From positions 1 to 45,978 of IMG/VR virus record IMGVR_UViG_3300037424_000965: DNA of 45,978 nucleotides. One strand, given 5' to 3'. The position numbers and the translations under genes were made by a program. This stretch comes from a virus (Duplodnaviria > Caudoviricetes). Position 1 is the first letter of the stretch. Each line of letters begins with the position of its first letter. Below, one piece after another: positions 44,918-45,978 of this stretch. The notes under the pieces were generated by a model. That model was not told the origin of the DNA, made no database searches, and worked only from the letters and a program-made list of their open reading frames with translations.

Positions 44918-44926
44918 TGATCTATC

Positions 44927-45418
44927 TCAGTCTGTAGCCTTCCTACGCTCTTCCCTTCCCCTCTGTCGGCGCCTTATCCCCTCATTACGGGTGCACCTCT
45001 GACACTTGGTGGGCTCGAGGTACGGCTGATATTTTGATATCGTGAACTCATCCCCGCACTTCTGGCAGGTAAATTTCCTACCCTCACCTCCGGTCTTGCG
45101 GTCCTTGCGCCTGCACTCGGGACAGTCGGTAAGGTACGGGTTGAACTTAGACCTGGTGAACTCATTTCCGCACTTGGTACAGGGGGCGGTGAGCTGTTTC
45201 GGTGTCGGGGCCTCCTTGAGGACCACTTCCGTCACCTTCTCCTCAAGCCTGATGATCCTGAGGCGCTCGGTTCCGCTAACCCGGTACCTCCCGTCGAGGT
45301 CCTCCCTGTCGCCCGATAGGGTAAGGACGTCACTCTCCACCTTAGCGGTGAGGGGCTCAAACCCAGCCCTGATTTGCCTAACCAGTCCCTTTAAGTATTC
45401 AAAGTCTTTGTAGTCCAT
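44927..45418 (-). CDS. Double zinc-ribbon protein (only clear minus-strand gene)
   Basis: GGAGG RBS on minus strand; two CxxCG.EF..SK..PYL...CxxC units. Confidence 0.8.
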   Translation of the reverse strand: MDYKDFEYLKGLVRQIRAGFEPLTAKVESDVLTLSGDREDLDGRYRVSGTERLRIIRLEEKVTEVVLKEAPTPKQLTAPCTKCGNEFTRSKFNPYLTDCPECRRKDRKTGGEGRKFTCQKCGDEFTISKYQPYLEPTKCQRCTRNEGIRRRQRGREERRKATD

Positions 45419-45437
45419 GTTTATGCCTCCGTATATT

Positions 45438-45464
45438 AGTGTCCTAAATCGTATTATCCGTTAA
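45438..45464 (-). promoter_or_regulatory. Putative phage-sigma promoter TTAA-N16-GGACACT (minus strand)
   Basis: Minus strand TTAA 45464-61, GGACACT 45444-38, upstream of RBS of 44927..45418. Confidence 0.7.
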
Positions 45465-45490
45465 TGAAATTCGCCCTGGAAGGCCTGCAC

Positions 45491-45518
45491 TTACCGGATG
45501 GGGATATCTAAGGACACT
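45491..45518 (+). promoter_or_regulatory. Putative phage-sigma promoter TTAC-N17-GGACACT (divergent partner)
   Basis: TTAC 45491-94, GGACACT 45512-18; no ORF downstream. Confidence 0.5.
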
Positions 45519-45607
45519 AACTTTCAGTTTTCGTTTTCCGGGGCGTTTTTCTTTTCTTAAGAGGCGCCGCAGGAGTTTAATTGACCGTTCCCCTCATACA
45601 TACGTTC

Positions 45608-45633
45608 CGGGCGGGGTCTGGAAGTCCCGCTCG
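45608..45633 (+). other. Hairpin CGGGCGGGG/TCCCGCTCG
   Basis: 9-bp stem including G-U pairs just before the sigma70 promoter. Confidence 0.45.
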
Positions 45634-45642
45634 CATGATAAC

Positions 45643-45672
45643 TTGACAGATTGGGGCAATTCGTGTTATAAT
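45643..45672 (+). promoter_or_regulatory. Strong sigma70-type early promoter
   Basis: TTGACA(45643-48)-18 nt-TATAAT(45667-72) with extended TG. Confidence 0.85.
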
Positions 45673-45708
45673 TGAAGGGTCGAGGCGCGACGCGCCAGGA
45701 GGGATATC

Positions 45709-45891
45709 ATGAAGACTATGGTGCTGTACGAGACCGTCAAGCTGTGGATTTCGGGGCCGCTCAAGGGACGTAGGGCCATTGAGTATAGGGACTCGGCGCT
45801 CGCCGAGGGAACCGAGATGCAGGGGCCGTCCGGTAGGTACCGGGTGATTGGGGTGAGGGTCAGGGAGGTGCCGGATGGACGCGCTGATTAA
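45709..45891 (+). CDS. Small early hypothetical protein
   Basis: AGGAGG RBS after promoter; overlaps start of the ORF that continues at 24..419 across the junction. Confidence 0.65.
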   Translation: MKTMVLYETVKLWISGPLKGRRAIEYRDSALAEGTEMQGPSGRYRVIGVRVREVPDGRAD

Positions 45892-45978
45892 GGGCTCCCA
45901 TGCGCCGAAGGTTACGGCGGTATGCTCAAGGTGCGGCTCGAGCTTCGAGAGGTCGGCGGTCCACCCGTACATCGTGGA
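45852..45978. repeat. Terminal direct overlap (copy of 1..127)
   Basis: Exact match to window start. Confidence 0.95.

Noticed and set aside
45432-45458. Resemblance of minus-strand TAATACGATTTAGGACACTAATA to T7/SP6 RNA polymerase promoters
   Set aside because: No single-subunit RNAP is encoded, and the other copies conserve only two short boxes with a variable spacer, as for sigma promoters

Overview
This window appears to be the complete (~45.85 kb, circularly closed by a 127-nt end overlap) genome of a GC-rich tailed dsDNA phage, probably lytic and siphovirus-like. No integrase, repressor or sheath gene was recognised. Nearly all genes are on the + strand: an early/regulatory block (sigma-like factor), a nucleotide-metabolism/replication block, an accessory block, then packaging, head, tail and lysis genes. 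The main signal is a 2-aminoadenine (Z-base) DNA-modification toolkit in an unfamiliar configuration. It combines a PurZ with PurZ0-like (GTP-type) pocket residues, an HD-domain DatZ/YfbR-like phosphohydrolase, a trimeric dUTPase-fold enzyme and a phage-encoded adenylate-kinase-like NMP kinase. The replicase is a family C (DnaE) polymerase rather than DpoZ or PrimPol, and the genome also carries a Dam-like adenine methyltransferase and an orphan Vsr. Reading the intergenic DNA revealed a bipartite motif TTA[A/C]-N16-GGACAC(T) (7 copies, one N17), the likely promoter of the phage's own zinc-ribbon-containing sigma factor. Also found: five sigma70-type promoters, a candidate hairpin sRNA, and a fully overlapped dual-frame spanin-like gene pair lacking a lipobox. 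All calls come from manual motif recognition; no database searches were run.
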